NCBI GenBank assembly: GCA_020435415.1
Contig: JAGQZQ010000004.1
Location: 6,234 to 70,233, forward strand
Origin: Flavobacteriales bacterium
GTDB lineage: Bacteria > Bacteroidota > Bacteroidia > JACJYZ01
Direction: 5' to 3'
Length of the DNA: 64,000 nt
A program made the position numbers and the translations under genes. The notes under the pieces were generated by a model. That model was not told where the DNA came from. It did not search any database and saw nothing but the letters and a program-made list of their open reading frames with translations. Of the stretch, positions 55,608-64,000 are shown one piece after another. Position 1 is the stretch's first letter. Every line of letters starts with the position of its first letter.

Positions 55608-56807
55608 ATGAGAGTTAAAGAAGAGTTTGTAGAGGTGGTGCCGTCCGAACTGGATGTTGAAATCAAGAAAATTTTTGAGCCAAAGAAAGCGGAAAACTTT
55701 CTTAAGGCCTTTCCAAGACTGGCCCTTCGCAATCTGAAGGACCTGTCTATCTATGAGAAAGAACAGCGATTAAAAAGAACAATTCTCGAAGAAGGTGGGG
55801 AAACCATCTTAAATTTTATATCCGAACAAACTGCTCTTCAGGATTCAGGAACAATATTACTTACATCGTCCTGCAAAAATGCTTCACGCGTATTGGCTTC
55901 TGCACATCGCGACGTGAAGACTGTCATTGATCTGGGGGTTATCAACTACAAAAACGACCTCAACCAGTATTTTGAGCATGTGAACGCCGCCTTGCCGGAT
56001 GCCGGTATGTTTATCGGTTGCATTGAATCCATTAAGGAACGCTCAACCCGTATGAAGGGCAAATACAAGTTCATGTATCCCTTCTACCATTTATATGACT
56101 TTGTTGTTAACCGTGTTTTGGCAAGAGTATCATATACCAAGCCTCTGTATCAATTCCTTACAGGTGGCAAGTACTTTGTTATCTCAAAAGCTGAGGTTCT
56201 TGGCAGACTTAGCCATGCCGGTTTCGAGGTGATTGATCATAAAGAAGCCAATAATCTTTTCTACTTCTCTGTCATGAAGACCGGCTTACCCAGTGAGGAA
56301 AAGAACATTCCGACCGGTATGCTCATCAAGATGAAGAGAATTAGCAAGGACGGCAAGATCGTTGGTATCTACAAAGTGAGAACCATGCACCCATACTCTC
56401 AGTACATTCAGGATTATGTGGTGAAAATGAATGGTTATAACAAAGTGGGCAAACCCAACTCTGATTTCAGAATTACCAAATGGGGCAAAGTGCTGCGTAA
56501 GCTTCACGTAGATGAAATGCCTCAATTACTCAACCTTTTCAAAGGCGAACTCAATCTTGTTGGTGTGAGGCCTTTAACGCAATTCGGTTTTCAATCTCTC
56601 CCCGAGGATCTGCAGAAAGACCGGATTAAATTCAAACCTGGTTGCATACCCCCAAACGTCGCCCTGGGCCTTACTGGTTTTGATGGCGTAATCAAAGCGG
56701 AAAGAATTTATCTTAGAAGCCGGAATAAATATGGTATTTTTGTAAACTTCCAATATTTTTGGATGGCTGTTTACAATATGCTGCTTAAAAGAAAGTTAAG
56801 TGCCTGA
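55608..56807 (+). CDS. Bacterial sugar transferase (polyprenyl-phosphate glycosyl-1-phosphate transferase catalytic domain) with an atypical soluble N-terminal region
   Basis: The C-terminal motif KVRTMHP...KWGKVLRKLHVDEMPQLLNLFKGELNLVGVRPL corresponds to the PglC/WbaP-type catalytic core. Confidence 0.6.
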   Translation: MRVKEEFVEVVPSELDVEIKKIFEPKKAENFLKAFPRLALRNLKDLSIYEKEQRLKRTILEEGGETILNFISEQTALQDSGTILLTSSCKNASRVLASAHRDVKTVIDLGVINYKNDLNQYFEHVNAALPDAGMFIGCIESIKERSTRMKGKYKFMYPFYHLYDFVVNRVLARVSYTKPLYQFLTGGKYFVISKAEVLGRLSHAGFEVIDHKEANNLFYFSVMKTGLPSEEKNIPTGMLIKMKRISKDGKIVGIYKVRTMHPYSQYIQDYVVKMNGYNKVGKPNSDFRITKWGKVLRKLHVDEMPQLLNLFKGELNLVGVRPLTQFGFQSLPEDLQKDRIKFKPGCIPPNVALGLTGFDGVIKAERIYLRSRNKYGIFVNFQYFWMAVYNMLLKRKLSA

Positions 56808-56884
56808 ATAGGTACTGAACTATCCGGGATTCCCTGGTTTTTTAGGCAAAATGAGAGGTCCGGTTCGCCGGCTAAGATGAATTT

Positions 56885-57652
56885 ATGAAGAACGCTTGCC
56901 TGGTTATTTCCCTGCTTGTACTGATGGCATCCTGTGTGCCGCAGAAAAGGATGATCTACATCCAGCCCACCAAGAACACGACGTATAATTGGACGGGAAA
57001 CAAGCAACGGTTGAAGATTTCGACATTTGATATGCTATATATCAAGGTCACTACCACCGATAATCCTGAGTATAACTTCTTTAGTGAGGAGAACAAGCTT
57101 AGCGCCTCCATAACCGATGCAAGTCTCGCCGTTACTGCATACACCGTAGATGAATCGGGATTTGTAAAGCTACCAGTCATCGGAAAGGTTCAGGTTCTTG
57201 ATATGACCGTGGAGGAAGCGGCCGTAGCTATTCAGGAAGCCCTGAAGGTGGTGTTGACCACACCAATTGTGACGGTGCGTTATGTAAACAATAGCATCAC
57301 CATTCTTGGTGAGGTGAATCGGGCTGGCACCTACACTTACACCACAGAGAATATGAATATTTTCAAAGCTTTGGGCATGGCCGGAGATATTTCCGAGTAC
57401 GGTGATCGCAGACATGTCGTACTGGTGCGTGAGCAAGGCAAACAGATTATCAAACGCAGGATTGACCTGACCAAGGATGATCTGTTCAAATCAGAATATT
57501 ACTACCTCCGGCCAAATGATGTGATATACGTATCTCCTCTCAAGGTTCGTCGTTTTGGAATGACCGAGATACCCTATTCCCTGATCGTGTCAGTAGGAAA
57601 CTCGGTACTTGTAGCCATGGTATTTTATCTTCAATACGTGAAAGGACAGTGA
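56885..57652 (+). CDS. Polysaccharide export protein, Wza-like (Poly_export plus SLBB)
   Basis: It has the lipoprotein signal LVLMASC. YTVDESGFVKLPVIGKVQVLDMTVEEAAVAIQEAL is the Poly_export motif. Confidence 0.7.
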   Translation: MKNACLVISLLVLMASCVPQKRMIYIQPTKNTTYNWTGNKQRLKISTFDMLYIKVTTTDNPEYNFFSEENKLSASITDASLAVTAYTVDESGFVKLPVIGKVQVLDMTVEEAAVAIQEALKVVLTTPIVTVRYVNNSITILGEVNRAGTYTYTTENMNIFKALGMAGDISEYGDRRHVVLVREQGKQIIKRRIDLTKDDLFKSEYYYLRPNDVIYVSPLKVRRFGMTEIPYSLIVSVGNSVLVAMVFYLQYVKGQ

Positions 57653-57656
57653 CCAT

Positions 57657-60014
57657 ATGGAAGCCCGTCAGGATCATGAAACCTTTTATTATGTCAAGTT
57701 TGCCTTATCCAAGGTAAAGAAATACTGGTACTATTTTCTGATCTCATGTATGTCCTTTGTAGGGATGGCCTATTTTGTCAACTGGTATCTTCAGCCGGTT
57801 TATGAAGTGGGTAGCCTGATCCTTATCGAAGGTGGCAGGCAAAGTGATCCCTCCGAAAAATTCATGGAGTCCTTCTCGATCTTTACGCCATCAAGCGATA
57901 TCAGCAAGGAGATCAGAAAAATGAAATCTCTGGAGCTGATCCAGAAAGCACTGGAACGAACCCATGCCGAAGTGAGTTACCGGGCGATTTCAAATACCAT
58001 TAAGAAAAAGGTGATCTATGACGATTCACCTTTCAAGGTTGAGGTGCTTTACGACCATCCGCAACCTCTGGGCGTGAAGTTTGAAGTCAAGCCAAAATCA
58101 ACAGATCGCTTTACCCTCCTGGTGCCACCGTTTGATGAAGCAGTCACTTATTTCAATTACCAGGAAAACAAGGCTGTTAATTCAGGCACCTTCTCCGTAA
58201 ATAAGGAATTTTCCTATGGTGATACGATCCGGACAAAGGAGTACGCATTCGTAGTTACCCGTCCCCCCGATATATCTCATGATTTTCAACCGGAAACCCG
58301 GTACGTGTTTGAGTTTAATGACATCAACCGGCTCACTTACAGATACCAGAAAGACCTTAAAGTTGAACAGGTTGGGAAGGATATCCAAGCCGTAAGTATC
58401 AAGTTAAAGGTGAAGCGCCCACAACAAGGCATTGATTTTATCAATGAACTCACCAAGGCATATATGCAGCGAAATATGGAGAAGAAAGCTGCACTTGCGG
58501 AAAATTCATTGCGCTATATAGACAGGGAGATCGCAGCTATTGAGGGTACCCTTAACGAAAAGGAGTCAGATCTCCAGAAGTTTCGTTCGTCCCATCAGAT
58601 GATGGAGATGAAAACCGTGTCTGATCAGGCGTTTAAAACCATCACGGACCTGGAACTGGAGAAGGCGACCCTCGAGTCACAGGCCAAATATTATGACTAC
58701 ATCACACGATCGCTTCAGGATAACCAGAATGAAGCTAATCTCGCATTGCCATCTACCATGGGAGTGAATGATCAGGTGCTGACCGGTATTATTCAGGAAT
58801 ATCTGAAATTGAGTATCGAACGAAGCAATCTCGTGGAAAGTAACAAGACCCTGAACCCGTACTATAAGACCATCGAAAATAAGATCGGGGTGCAAAGAAA
58901 GGCTTTGCTGGATTATATATCCTACATGAAGCGGACCAATGATCTCTTGCTTAGTTCCGTGGATTCCCGTTTGAAACAGGGTAGTGCGAAGATCACCCAA
59001 TTACCTGGCACCGAAAGACAGTTGGTTAGCATTGAGCGCGAAAAAAGTCTGAATGATGAGGTATATAAATATATGCTTCGCAAGAAAGCAGATGCACAAA
59101 TTGCACGCGGATCGAATTTCCCTGATAACGACATTCTTGAGGATGCCAAGCTGACCCAGATGGATCCGGTTTCTCCCAATAAAGCACTGAACTACCTCCT
59201 TGCCTTGACCCTCGGTTTCGGATTTCCTTTTGCCATCTTCGGTATCAAAAGCTTTTTGAACAATACCGTTAATGATGAACAGATTCTTCGCTCCGTTACC
59301 CACCTGCCGGTGATCGGACGGGTGTATCATAAGACCGGACAAAAGGATCTGGGTATTCTGGATGACTCTCCCAAATCACCGGTGGCTGAGTCTATTCGCG
59401 GGATCAGAACGAACATCGAATATTTTCTTGAAGGAAAAGACAATCAGGTGGTGCTGTTCACGTCTTCCATGTCAGGTGAAGGTAAATCCTTTTGTACCCT
59501 GAACCTGGCCAATAGCATGGCGATGGTGAAACGAAAAACCGTATTGGTGGATTTCGACCTGAGGCGCCCCAACCAATACAGGCCATTTGCATCCGAAAAT
59601 AGCCCTGGCCTTTCAGGATACCTGAGTGGACAGGCTGAACTGGATGATGTTTTTGTGGAAACAGACATTCCATACCTGAGCTATATTCCTGCCGGGGAGG
59701 CGCCACCAAATCCTGCAGAACTTATCGACTCGGAAAGAACAGAATATCTCATGGAACAGTTAAAGCAGGATTATGATTATGTAATCATCGATACTGCTCC
59801 AGCCGGCCTGGTAAGTGAGAGTTTCCTGCTAATGAAACATTCAGACCTCAAAATCATTGTTACCAGAAGAAAGGTCACAAAGATCAGTGGCCTGGTTGAG
59901 CTGCTTAATGAATTAAAGGTGAAGGAAGTGGGAGATTTGTATTGTTTGTACAATGATGTGGAAGTATCCGGCACCGTTTATGGCACCACGAATAAATACT
60001 TTACAAAGAATTAA
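57657..60014 (+). CDS. Polysaccharide co-polymerase / tyrosine autokinase (Wzc-like BY-kinase)
   Basis: It has a Wzz-like periplasmic coiled coil between two TM helices. The C-terminal kinase domain has a Walker A (SSMSGEGKSFCTLNLA), VLVDFDLRRP and DYVIIDTAP. Confidence 0.75.
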   Translation: MEARQDHETFYYVKFALSKVKKYWYYFLISCMSFVGMAYFVNWYLQPVYEVGSLILIEGGRQSDPSEKFMESFSIFTPSSDISKEIRKMKSLELIQKALERTHAEVSYRAISNTIKKKVIYDDSPFKVEVLYDHPQPLGVKFEVKPKSTDRFTLLVPPFDEAVTYFNYQENKAVNSGTFSVNKEFSYGDTIRTKEYAFVVTRPPDISHDFQPETRYVFEFNDINRLTYRYQKDLKVEQVGKDIQAVSIKLKVKRPQQGIDFINELTKAYMQRNMEKKAALAENSLRYIDREIAAIEGTLNEKESDLQKFRSSHQMMEMKTVSDQAFKTITDLELEKATLESQAKYYDYITRSLQDNQNEANLALPSTMGVNDQVLTGIIQEYLKLSIERSNLVESNKTLNPYYKTIENKIGVQRKALLDYISYMKRTNDLLLSSVDSRLKQGSAKITQLPGTERQLVSIEREKSLNDEVYKYMLRKKADAQIARGSNFPDNDILEDAKLTQMDPVSPNKALNYLLALTLGFGFPFAIFGIKSFLNNTVNDEQILRSVTHLPVIGRVYHKTGQKDLGILDDSPKSPVAESIRGIRTNIEYFLEGKDNQVVLFTSSMSGEGKSFCTLNLANSMAMVKRKTVLVDFDLRRPNQYRPFASENSPGLSGYLSGQAELDDVFVETDIPYLSYIPAGEAPPNPAELIDSERTEYLMEQLKQDYDYVIIDTAPAGLVSESFLLMKHSDLKIIVTRRKVTKISGLVELLNELKVKEVGDLYCLYNDVEVSGTVYGTTNKYFTKN

Positions 60015-60095
60015 AAGGGCAAGACGTATCGTTTATCACAGAAAGACTCCCGGTAAAGACCAAACCCCGGACAACAAATGTTCGTATGAAGTCGA

Positions 60096-61595
60096 ATGAT
60101 GACCAACGAACCTAATATAAACGATCTACTATACGCCAGGCAATTTCTTATGTCACCCGACGGCTCCGATGAACTAAAAGCCTGGAAACACACAACCATA
60201 GGCGACTACACCGTACAAGCACACCCCCTTGCAACGCTTACTCATATCCGTTCGGAAGGATCGGATACCGAACTGACCATGGTGGGTTATATACTGGATC
60301 CACAGCGTCCCGAAGATTCCAATGAAGATATCCTGCATGCACTCGCAAAAGATGCCTCCCTGGAATCACTTTCAGAGCGACTATATCCGTACACCGGCAG
60401 GTTTGTGCTGATCGCCAGGGTGGAGCGCAGCTACTATTTGTTTCATGATGCGTGCGGACTACGTTCGGTTTTTTATACCTATAAAAACGATAAGCTTTTT
60501 GCGGCATCCCAACCATTGCTAATTGGTAAACAAGTCCCGCTGGAAAAGGGAAAACAATTCACGGATTACCAAAACTCATCTTATAAGAAACAAACCATCG
60601 AACATTGGATGCCTGCAGGGTGTTCTTTATATGAATCCGTAAAAAACCTGGTGCCCAATCACTATCTGGATGTTGCCAATCGTGTCCAGGTTCGCTTTTG
60701 GCCTGTAAAGCGAATAGGACAAGTATCCATGGAAGAAGGAGTGGAAAAGGCCTCCGAATTGCTGGCCAAGACCATGATCGCATACCGCACCCGTTTTAAA
60801 CTGGCGGTGACAACCACAGCAGGGAATGATTCCAGGGCCATCCTAAGTGCTTCGAAGGCTATAGCCGGTGATGTTTTCTTCTACACGCTTAAATACAGAA
60901 ACCTGAGCCCGGATTCAAATGAAATCAAATTACCGCGCAAACTGCTGGGTAATCTGGGATATCAACATCACGTGATTGATTGTAGTCAAAGCATTGCACC
61001 GGAATTCAAGACGATTTATGAGAAAAATACGGATATGCCGCATTGGAATGACTGGGGATTAATAGCTGGTGGGATGCGCAAGGATTATCCCGCTGATCAT
61101 GTATCCATCAAAGGGAATTGTGCCGAAGTGGGCCGATGCTTTTATTATAAACAAGGCCTTCATCCAACCGTACGATCGTATGAATATATTCTTGACCTGA
61201 TTCCCGGATGGGGTAAAATTCCTTTTGTAAAAGCCAGGGTAGCGGAGTGGTTTGAGGAAATGAAACCCATTTCAAAAAATTATGGCTACCAGGTGCTTGA
61301 TATGTTTTATTGGGAACACAGAATGGGTAGCTGGCAGGCGCAAAGTCAGCTCGAATCAGACCTGGTGTATGAATCCGGTACGCCTTTCAATAACCGGCAG
61401 TTGCTGGACGTAATTCTATCGGTTGACCCCGATGAACGATGTAAACCGGGATATCCGGTATTCAAGGAGATCATGAATCATTTGTGGCCCGAAACACTCA
61501 GTGTTCCAATCAACCCAAAATCACGTTTTCACTACCTGATAGTCATGCGGAATATTATTGCAGCCCGCCTGGGAATAGGCAACAGGTATAATTAA
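60096..61595 (+). CDS. Hypothetical protein in the polysaccharide locus, possibly an asparagine-synthetase-like or PP-loop amidotransferase-like enzyme
   Basis: 499 aa with no TM segments. VTTTAGNDSRAIL has a weak resemblance to the PP-loop motif SGGxDS. The annotation is tentative. Confidence 0.3.
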   Translation: MMTNEPNINDLLYARQFLMSPDGSDELKAWKHTTIGDYTVQAHPLATLTHIRSEGSDTELTMVGYILDPQRPEDSNEDILHALAKDASLESLSERLYPYTGRFVLIARVERSYYLFHDACGLRSVFYTYKNDKLFAASQPLLIGKQVPLEKGKQFTDYQNSSYKKQTIEHWMPAGCSLYESVKNLVPNHYLDVANRVQVRFWPVKRIGQVSMEEGVEKASELLAKTMIAYRTRFKLAVTTTAGNDSRAILSASKAIAGDVFFYTLKYRNLSPDSNEIKLPRKLLGNLGYQHHVIDCSQSIAPEFKTIYEKNTDMPHWNDWGLIAGGMRKDYPADHVSIKGNCAEVGRCFYYKQGLHPTVRSYEYILDLIPGWGKIPFVKARVAEWFEEMKPISKNYGYQVLDMFYWEHRMGSWQAQSQLESDLVYESGTPFNNRQLLDVILSVDPDERCKPGYPVFKEIMNHLWPETLSVPINPKSRFHYLIVMRNIIAARLGIGNRYN

Positions 61596-61601
61596 AGCCG
61601 C

Positions 61602-62963
61602 ATGAATGCTATATTGAATAAATACCTCTCGCGTACCAATGCGAGATCCGCCAAAGCGGTGAAAAATATCTTCAGTTCCTTCGCCATCAAAGGTGTAAGT
61701 ATTGGGGTGAACCTGGCACTGGTACCTCTTACCATCGATTATCTGGGTGAAACCAAATATGGTATATGGTTAACCATTGGCTCTATGCTCGGATGGATCA
61801 ACTTTTTTGATGTGGGCTTAGGACACGGTCTCAGAAATAAGCTGGCCGAATCGTTTGCCCATGGTAACATGGATAAGGCTCAGACATATGTGAGTACGGC
61901 GTATATCTCCATATCCGCATTAAGCCTGGCCGTCTTTGGGGTATTTGCTATCACAAATCAGTTCATTGACTGGAATGTTCTATTGAATATCCCTCCGGAC
62001 ATTACCATCGGCGAAGACCTGGGTACCATTACCCTGGCTGTATTCCTGATGTTCTCCGTTCAATTCGTACTTCAACTCATCAACAGCATTTTTCTGGGTA
62101 ATCAACAGCCGGCGAAGGTGTCGTTTAACGCCATGGTCGGAAATCTGTTCATCCTTGCCGGTGTGTTTGTGTTGATGAAATACTATGACGCTTCGCTGTT
62201 CTATATTGCATTGTTATCATCTGGTGTTCCCGTTTTGGTGCTGGCCGGAGTGAATATTTATAATTATACCCATGGCTTTAAAGCATTTTATCCGCGGTTC
62301 GGCTCGTTCGATTTCAGCTCCTTGAAAGATGTCCTGAACCTGGGGGTTAAATTCTTTCTGATCCAGATCAGTCTGCTTGTTTTCATCGGTACCACGCCAT
62401 TTCTCATATCCAATTTTCTGAGCCCCAAATTGGTGGTGCCTTTTAACATTGCGTTCAGGTATTTCGGTGTTCTTACGATGGTATTCAGCATTATCATGTC
62501 CCCGTTCTGGTCTGCATATACCGAGGCATATGCCAAGCGCGATATTGTGTGGATCCAACGCTCCATTAAAAGACTGGTCAGGCTCTGGTTGCTTTTCGTC
62601 GGTGCGGCTGTGCTGATGCTGGCTCTCTCAAATTGGGTGTATGCCCTATGGGTAAAGGATGTGGAGGTGGATTTCAGCATTTCCCTTTGTATGATGATTT
62701 ACGTGGTGCTCAATGCCTTTGGAAATATTTATATTATGTTTCTGAATGGGGTCGGGGCGGTGCGTATGCAGATGATTACCGGATTGGTGGGCATGGTGAT
62801 ATTCTTTCCACTGTCCTATTTGTTCTCCGTTGTGATGGATTTGGGTGTCGCAGGCATTGTCATTGCCACAACCATTTGCAGTTTGTATGGTCCGCTTATC
62901 GCACCCTTTCAGGTAAAGAAAATATTAAACAAAGCTGAGGAAACCCCGGCGGATAAAATATGA
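61602..62963 (+). CDS. Oligosaccharide flippase (Wzx-like, MOP superfamily polysaccharide biosynthesis protein)
   Basis: It has about 12 predicted TM helices. The N-terminus AKAVKNIFSSFAIKGVSIGVNLALVPLTIDYLGETKYGIWLTI is typical of Wzx. Confidence 0.7.
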   Translation: MNAILNKYLSRTNARSAKAVKNIFSSFAIKGVSIGVNLALVPLTIDYLGETKYGIWLTIGSMLGWINFFDVGLGHGLRNKLAESFAHGNMDKAQTYVSTAYISISALSLAVFGVFAITNQFIDWNVLLNIPPDITIGEDLGTITLAVFLMFSVQFVLQLINSIFLGNQQPAKVSFNAMVGNLFILAGVFVLMKYYDASLFYIALLSSGVPVLVLAGVNIYNYTHGFKAFYPRFGSFDFSSLKDVLNLGVKFFLIQISLLVFIGTTPFLISNFLSPKLVVPFNIAFRYFGVLTMVFSIIMSPFWSAYTEAYAKRDIVWIQRSIKRLVRLWLLFVGAAVLMLALSNWVYALWVKDVEVDFSISLCMMIYVVLNAFGNIYIMFLNGVGAVRMQMITGLVGMVIFFPLSYLFSVVMDLGVAGIVIATTICSLYGPLIAPFQVKKILNKAEETPADKI

Positions 62964-63892
62964 TGGAACAGAAGCAACCACCCTTATTGGCCATTGTCAT
63001 CCCCACCTTCAACAGGAAGAAGGAGCTTTCATTGTTGCTTTCCCAACTGAAGGATCAGGATGAAAGTGGGTGCTCATATGTGGCTGTAGTGGTTATAGAC
63101 GGCTCCACCGATGGCACCGTGGAGATGTTACAGCAGGATTTTCCGGATGTGAAAACGGTATTGGGTAGCGGCCAGTGGTGGTTTACCAAATCATTGAACG
63201 AGGGCTGTAAATACGCCATTGAAGAACTGGGCGCGGACCTGATCCTTACCATGAATGACGATGTGCAACTCCCGTCGCAGTATCTGAGCGAGCTGATGAA
63301 AGGATACCGCGAATCTGGGGGTGAAGCGATCATTGGTTCCGCATCCTATTCGGTCAGTACCCCGCGAATGATAACCTTCGGCGGATTCAAGGGAGAGAAT
63401 CGTATCCGGCTGAAATACTATAAATATGTTCCCTCTTTTACCTTCATGGAACCTGGTGAACTAAAAGGTTTGGTTACATCTGTGACTTTGCCAACCCGGG
63501 GTACGCTGGTTCCTTCCGGTGTTATGAAGAGATTAAATTATCTGGATGATAAGGTGTTCCCACAGTATAATTCAGACTATGATTTTGTTTTGCGTGCAGG
63601 GAGAGCCGGTGTTAAGGTATATTTGAGCTATGATGCCTACGTGTTTGAGAATATGCAGCTCACCAGCGGCGGAAATCCGCGCCTGGTCAAGAGCTTTGGC
63701 GCCTACCTTCGGAATATCTTCTTCAACAGGTATTCATCCAACTACTTTTTTAATCAGCTGCATATGTCATGGCGTTTTGGGTATAAAATCCTTTTTCCAT
63801 ACTATTTCCTGGTCGCTGTGGCGGTGATCCCTTACATTTATATGAAGTATAAATTCTCTTCCCTTAACAAAGCCGTGGAGGGTAAGAACTAA
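62960..63892 (+). CDS. Family 2 glycosyltransferase
   Basis: LLAIVIPTFNRKKEL...VVIDGSTDGT is the GT-A N-terminal motif. It overlaps the flippase by 4 nt. Confidence 0.7.
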   Translation: MMEQKQPPLLAIVIPTFNRKKELSLLLSQLKDQDESGCSYVAVVVIDGSTDGTVEMLQQDFPDVKTVLGSGQWWFTKSLNEGCKYAIEELGADLILTMNDDVQLPSQYLSELMKGYRESGGEAIIGSASYSVSTPRMITFGGFKGENRIRLKYYKYVPSFTFMEPGELKGLVTSVTLPTRGTLVPSGVMKRLNYLDDKVFPQYNSDYDFVLRAGRAGVKVYLSYDAYVFENMQLTSGGNPRLVKSFGAYLRNIFFNRYSSNYFFNQLHMSWRFGYKILFPYYFLVAVAVIPYIYMKYKFSSLNKAVEGKN

Positions 63893-63896
63893 GCGC

Positions 63897-64000
63897 AATG
63901 CTAAGGAAACTGAAAGCACTGTCCCTCCAAGAGAGAAGCAACTATGGCATGGTCCTGGGCCTTGTCGCGGTTAGCGGTTTTCCATTCTTTTTTGGGTCCG
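63897..64000 (+). CDS. 5' part of the next gene (hypothetical), truncated by the window end
   Basis: An ORF beginning MLRKLKALSLQERSNYGMVLGLVAVSGF runs off the window. Confidence 0.3.

Noticed and set aside
1-64000. CRISPR arrays, rRNA genes, tRNA genes, transposases and integrases
   Set aside because: I found no array of short direct repeats with spacers and no rRNA-like conserved stretches. No ORF has a DDE, tyrosine-recombinase or serine-recombinase motif. tRNAs cannot be excluded by eye, but no cloverleaf-like candidates were noticed in intergenic regions.

Overview
This 64-kb window looks like it comes from a Bacteroidota chromosome. The evidence is a T9SS C-terminal sorting domain, an OmpH/Skp homologue, Bacteroidetes-type RHS core motifs, and about 50 % GC with AT-rich intergenic regions. 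The window is gene-dense and mixes housekeeping genes with accessory genes. The main blocks are:

- **1-7355, all on the plus strand:** a type II secretion / type IV pilus-like assembly cluster. It has a GspL/PilM-N-like protein, a PilO/GspM-like protein, a GspC/PilP-like protein, two pseudopilins and a GspF/PilC platform protein. Unusually, it also has a MORN-repeat protein with an extremely Lys/Glu-rich tail and a lipoprotein made of three tandem domains.
- **7825-27494:** a polymorphic-toxin locus. A tail-fibre-like surface protein (17-aa NTTG repeats plus a peptidase-S74 intramolecular-chaperone C-terminus) sits 33 nt upstream of a 3726-aa secreted RHS/YD-repeat protein. That giant protein carries 16 tandem cysteine-bracketed domains of about 95 aa. 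It ends in a low-GC, unassigned C-terminal toxin module, followed by a low-GC candidate immunity gene. A 1688-aa SpvB/TcB-like protein with YD repeats follows, and it has no RHS core or toxin tip.
- **27507-28742:** OmpH/Skp and a lipoprotein.
- **28811-37963:** a lower-GC exopolysaccharide/glycosylation island. It holds an FkbM methyltransferase, a frameshifted DNRLRE/T9SS-CTD gene, two GT4 glycosyltransferases, a NodB-type deacetylase, a GNAT acetyltransferase and a YfhO-family membrane protein.
- **38300-54817, housekeeping:** carB, an alpha/beta hydrolase, rpmH, an MsbA-like ABC exporter, rsmG, a sigma factor, a GT2 glycosyltransferase, tgt, folK, a TPR lipoprotein, a TrmH-family methyltransferase, mutS and TonB.
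- **55608-64000:** a second polysaccharide locus with an initiating sugar transferase, a Wza-like exporter, a Wzc-like BY-kinase, an unknown protein, a Wzx flippase and a GT2 glycosyltransferase.

No rRNA, tRNA, CRISPR array, transposase or integrase was recognisable by eye. All functional calls come from motif-level reading of the translated ORFs and need confirmation with profile searches.
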